From an uncultured Gemmatimonadales bacterium (GTDB lineage: Bacteria > Gemmatimonadota > Gemmatimonadetes > Gemmatimonadales > GWC2-71-9): DNA of 64,000 nt. Numbering within the stretch: the first letter of the stretch is position 1; each line of letters opens with the position of its first letter. The DNA lies in contig CAWCVB010000005.1 in NCBI GenBank assembly GCA_963798915.1, forward strand, positions 249,291 through 313,290, in the 5' to 3' direction. Both the position numbers and the translations under genes were made by a program. Positions 59,290 to 64,000 of this stretch are shown in pieces. The notes under the pieces were generated by a model. The model did not search any database. It was given only the letters and a program-made list of their open reading frames with translations, and was not told where the DNA came from.

Positions 59290-60342
59290 ATGCGGAGGAA
59301 GACCAAAGGCGCCCCCTGGCAGTTGGTGCTCGCGAGCATGACGACAGTCCTGCTGGTGGCCTGCGGCAAGGCGCCGGCGCCGGAGCGGGCTGAGCTCGGG
59401 GCGACGCTGCCGGCCGGCCGCATGGTCGAAGTGCGGGACACCACGATCGCCGCCATCCTCGATGCACCCGGCACCGCGGAGCCGATGCAGCGGGCAACCA
59501 TGAGCACCAAGCTCATGGGGACGGTGATGGCTGTGCTGGTGCGTGAGGGTGAGATGGTGAGCACTGGCCAGTTGCTCGCCCGTATCGATGCCCGGGATCT
59601 CCAGGCGAAGCGGGCCCAGGTCCAGGCGGGCCTGGCCGAGGCCGAAGCGGTGCAGCGCGATGCGGCCACGCAGGCGCAACGCTTTCGGGCACTCTACGCC
59701 GACAGCGCCGCGACGCAGGCGCAGCTCGATGCGGTGGAAACCGGACTCGCGCGCGCGGATGCGGGAGTCCGGAGCGCCCATGCCGCCGCCGCCGAGCTGG
59801 ACGCCACGCGAGCGTATGCGGAGGTACGGGCTCCGTTCCGTGGAATCGTGACCAAACGGTTCATGGATCCCGGAGCCTTTGCGGCCCCGGGTGCGCCCAT
59901 CGTGACGGTGGAGGACGGATCGCGCCTGCGGATCTCGGTGATGGTGGCGCCATCCAGTGCGACCGCGCTGCGCCGAGGAATGCGGCTGGCCGGGACGGTG
60001 GAGCGAATGCCAGTGGAAGCCATAGTTGAGGGAGTGGCGCCCTCATCGGCGGGCGGTGTCTACACCGTGAATGCGATCGTCGAGAACCGGCGCGGGGTGT
60101 ATCCCATCGGGGGTGCCGCAACGCTCAGCGTGCCGCAGGGCAGCCGGTCCGGCCTTCTGGTTCCGGTCGATGCCATCGTGCGCGAAGGCGACCTCACCGG
60201 CGTACGGGTGCAGTCGGGCGCTGGCACTGAACTCCGCTGGGTTCGGCTGGGCAGGCCCACCGGTGAGATGGTGGAGGCGCTCTCCGGATTGCGCAATGGC
60301 GACCGGGTCTTCGTGCCGGCGTCACTCGAAGGCAGGCACTGA
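59290..60342 (+). CDS. RND efflux periplasmic adaptor (MFP)
   Basis: LVAC lipobox, VREGEMVSTGQLL, VRAPFRG, SGLRNGDRV. Confidence 0.92.
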   Translation: MRRKTKGAPWQLVLASMTTVLLVACGKAPAPERAELGATLPAGRMVEVRDTTIAAILDAPGTAEPMQRATMSTKLMGTVMAVLVREGEMVSTGQLLARIDARDLQAKRAQVQAGLAEAEAVQRDAATQAQRFRALYADSAATQAQLDAVETGLARADAGVRSAHAAAAELDATRAYAEVRAPFRGIVTKRFMDPGAFAAPGAPIVTVEDGSRLRISVMVAPSSATALRRGMRLAGTVERMPVEAIVEGVAPSSAGGVYTVNAIVENRRGVYPIGGAATLSVPQGSRSGLLVPVDAIVREGDLTGVRVQSGAGTELRWVRLGRPTGEMVEALSGLRNGDRVFVPASLEGRH

Positions 60343-60344
60343 GC

Positions 60345-63539
<3,195 letters not shown>

Positions 63540-63550
63540 GGGCAGGCGGA

Positions 63551-63841
63551 ATGCGAATGCTCGTGGTCATCTATGGTGGCTCCCGGCGCGAGCTGGTGCC
63601 GGACCTGCTGGACAGGCACGGCGTGATCGGATGGACCCAGCTCGCCAACGCGCACGGTGCGGGCCGTTCTGGCCGGCATGAAGGCACCAGGGCATGGCCC
63701 GGCGAGTCCGACGTGTTCTTCACGGTGGTCGGCGACGACGCCGTTGCCGCACTGTCGGCGACGCTTCGCGAGATGGCGCTCGCGGCGATGCCCGGGGAGC
63801 GGCTGCATGTGGCGGAGCTGCCGGTCGAGCGATTCTTCTAG
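63551..63841 (+). CDS. PII-like transporter-associated small protein
   Basis: GWTQL..HGAGRSGRHEGTRAWPG, FFTVV, LPVE; directly after the RND permease. Confidence 0.65.
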   Translation: MRMLVVIYGGSRRELVPDLLDRHGVIGWTQLANAHGAGRSGRHEGTRAWPGESDVFFTVVGDDAVAALSATLREMALAAMPGERLHVAELPVERFF

Positions 63842-63869
63842 TCGGGACCTGGTCCCGGAGGGAGTACTC

Positions 63870-64000
63870 ATGTGTCATGATCGTATCATTCGGCGCTTTG
63901 CCGGCACGTTCATCCTGGTGTCACTGGCGCTGGGCTGGTTCGTGAGCCCGTTCTGGTTCCTGTTCACCGCGTTCGTGGGGCTCAACCTGCTGCAATCGAG
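63870..64000 (+). CDS. DUF2892/YgaP-like membrane protein, 3'-truncated (absent from ORF track)
   Basis: GGAGGGAG RBS; MCHDRIIRRFAGTFILVSLALGWFVSPFWFLFTAFVGLNLLQS. Confidence 0.85.
   Translation, partial: MCHDRIIRRFAGTFILVSLALGWFVSPFWFLFTAFVGLNLLQS

Overview
GC-rich bacterial chromosomal window, probably Gemmatimonadota (inferred from the kinase-TolB-like-TPR protein, paired secreted M1 peptidases and the DUF4350-MoxR-DUF58 operon; taxonomy not verified). About 57 genes and one tRNA-Arg(CCG); no CRISPR array, integrase, transposase or rRNA was recognised. Blocks in order: (1) DUF4350/MoxR/M1 peptidase/DUF58 and an HD-GYP regulator; (2) a ~17 kb uncharacterised carbohydrate/amino-acid cluster (6378-23523: GH38, NagX-like membrane protein, Dpp-type ABC parts, GHMP kinase, heparinase II/III-CBM9 fusion, class III aminotransferase, an active plus a degenerate amidohydrolase, DHDPS-like aldolase, DHODH-like barrel, OSBS/NAAAR-like enzyme); (3) tandem cation:proton antiporters and signalling genes; (4) a two-component-regulated RND efflux operon ending near tRNA-Arg; (5) a stress/redox block (SodC, MarR-DoxX, aldehyde dehydrogenase, Hsp20, BON); (6) an ECF sigma/zinc anti-sigma module whose candidate regulon can be read from three copies of GGGAACT-N12-ATCCGGTT upstream of the sigma gene, a Met-rich membrane protein and an unknown His/Met-rich secreted protein plus cupredoxin; (7) an ArsR-controlled RND/PII-like/DUF2892 operon. 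Several frameshifts and one garbled stretch suggest long-read consensus errors. The best candidates for undescribed systems are the ECF module and the 17 kb cluster. All family assignments come from motif reading, not database searches.
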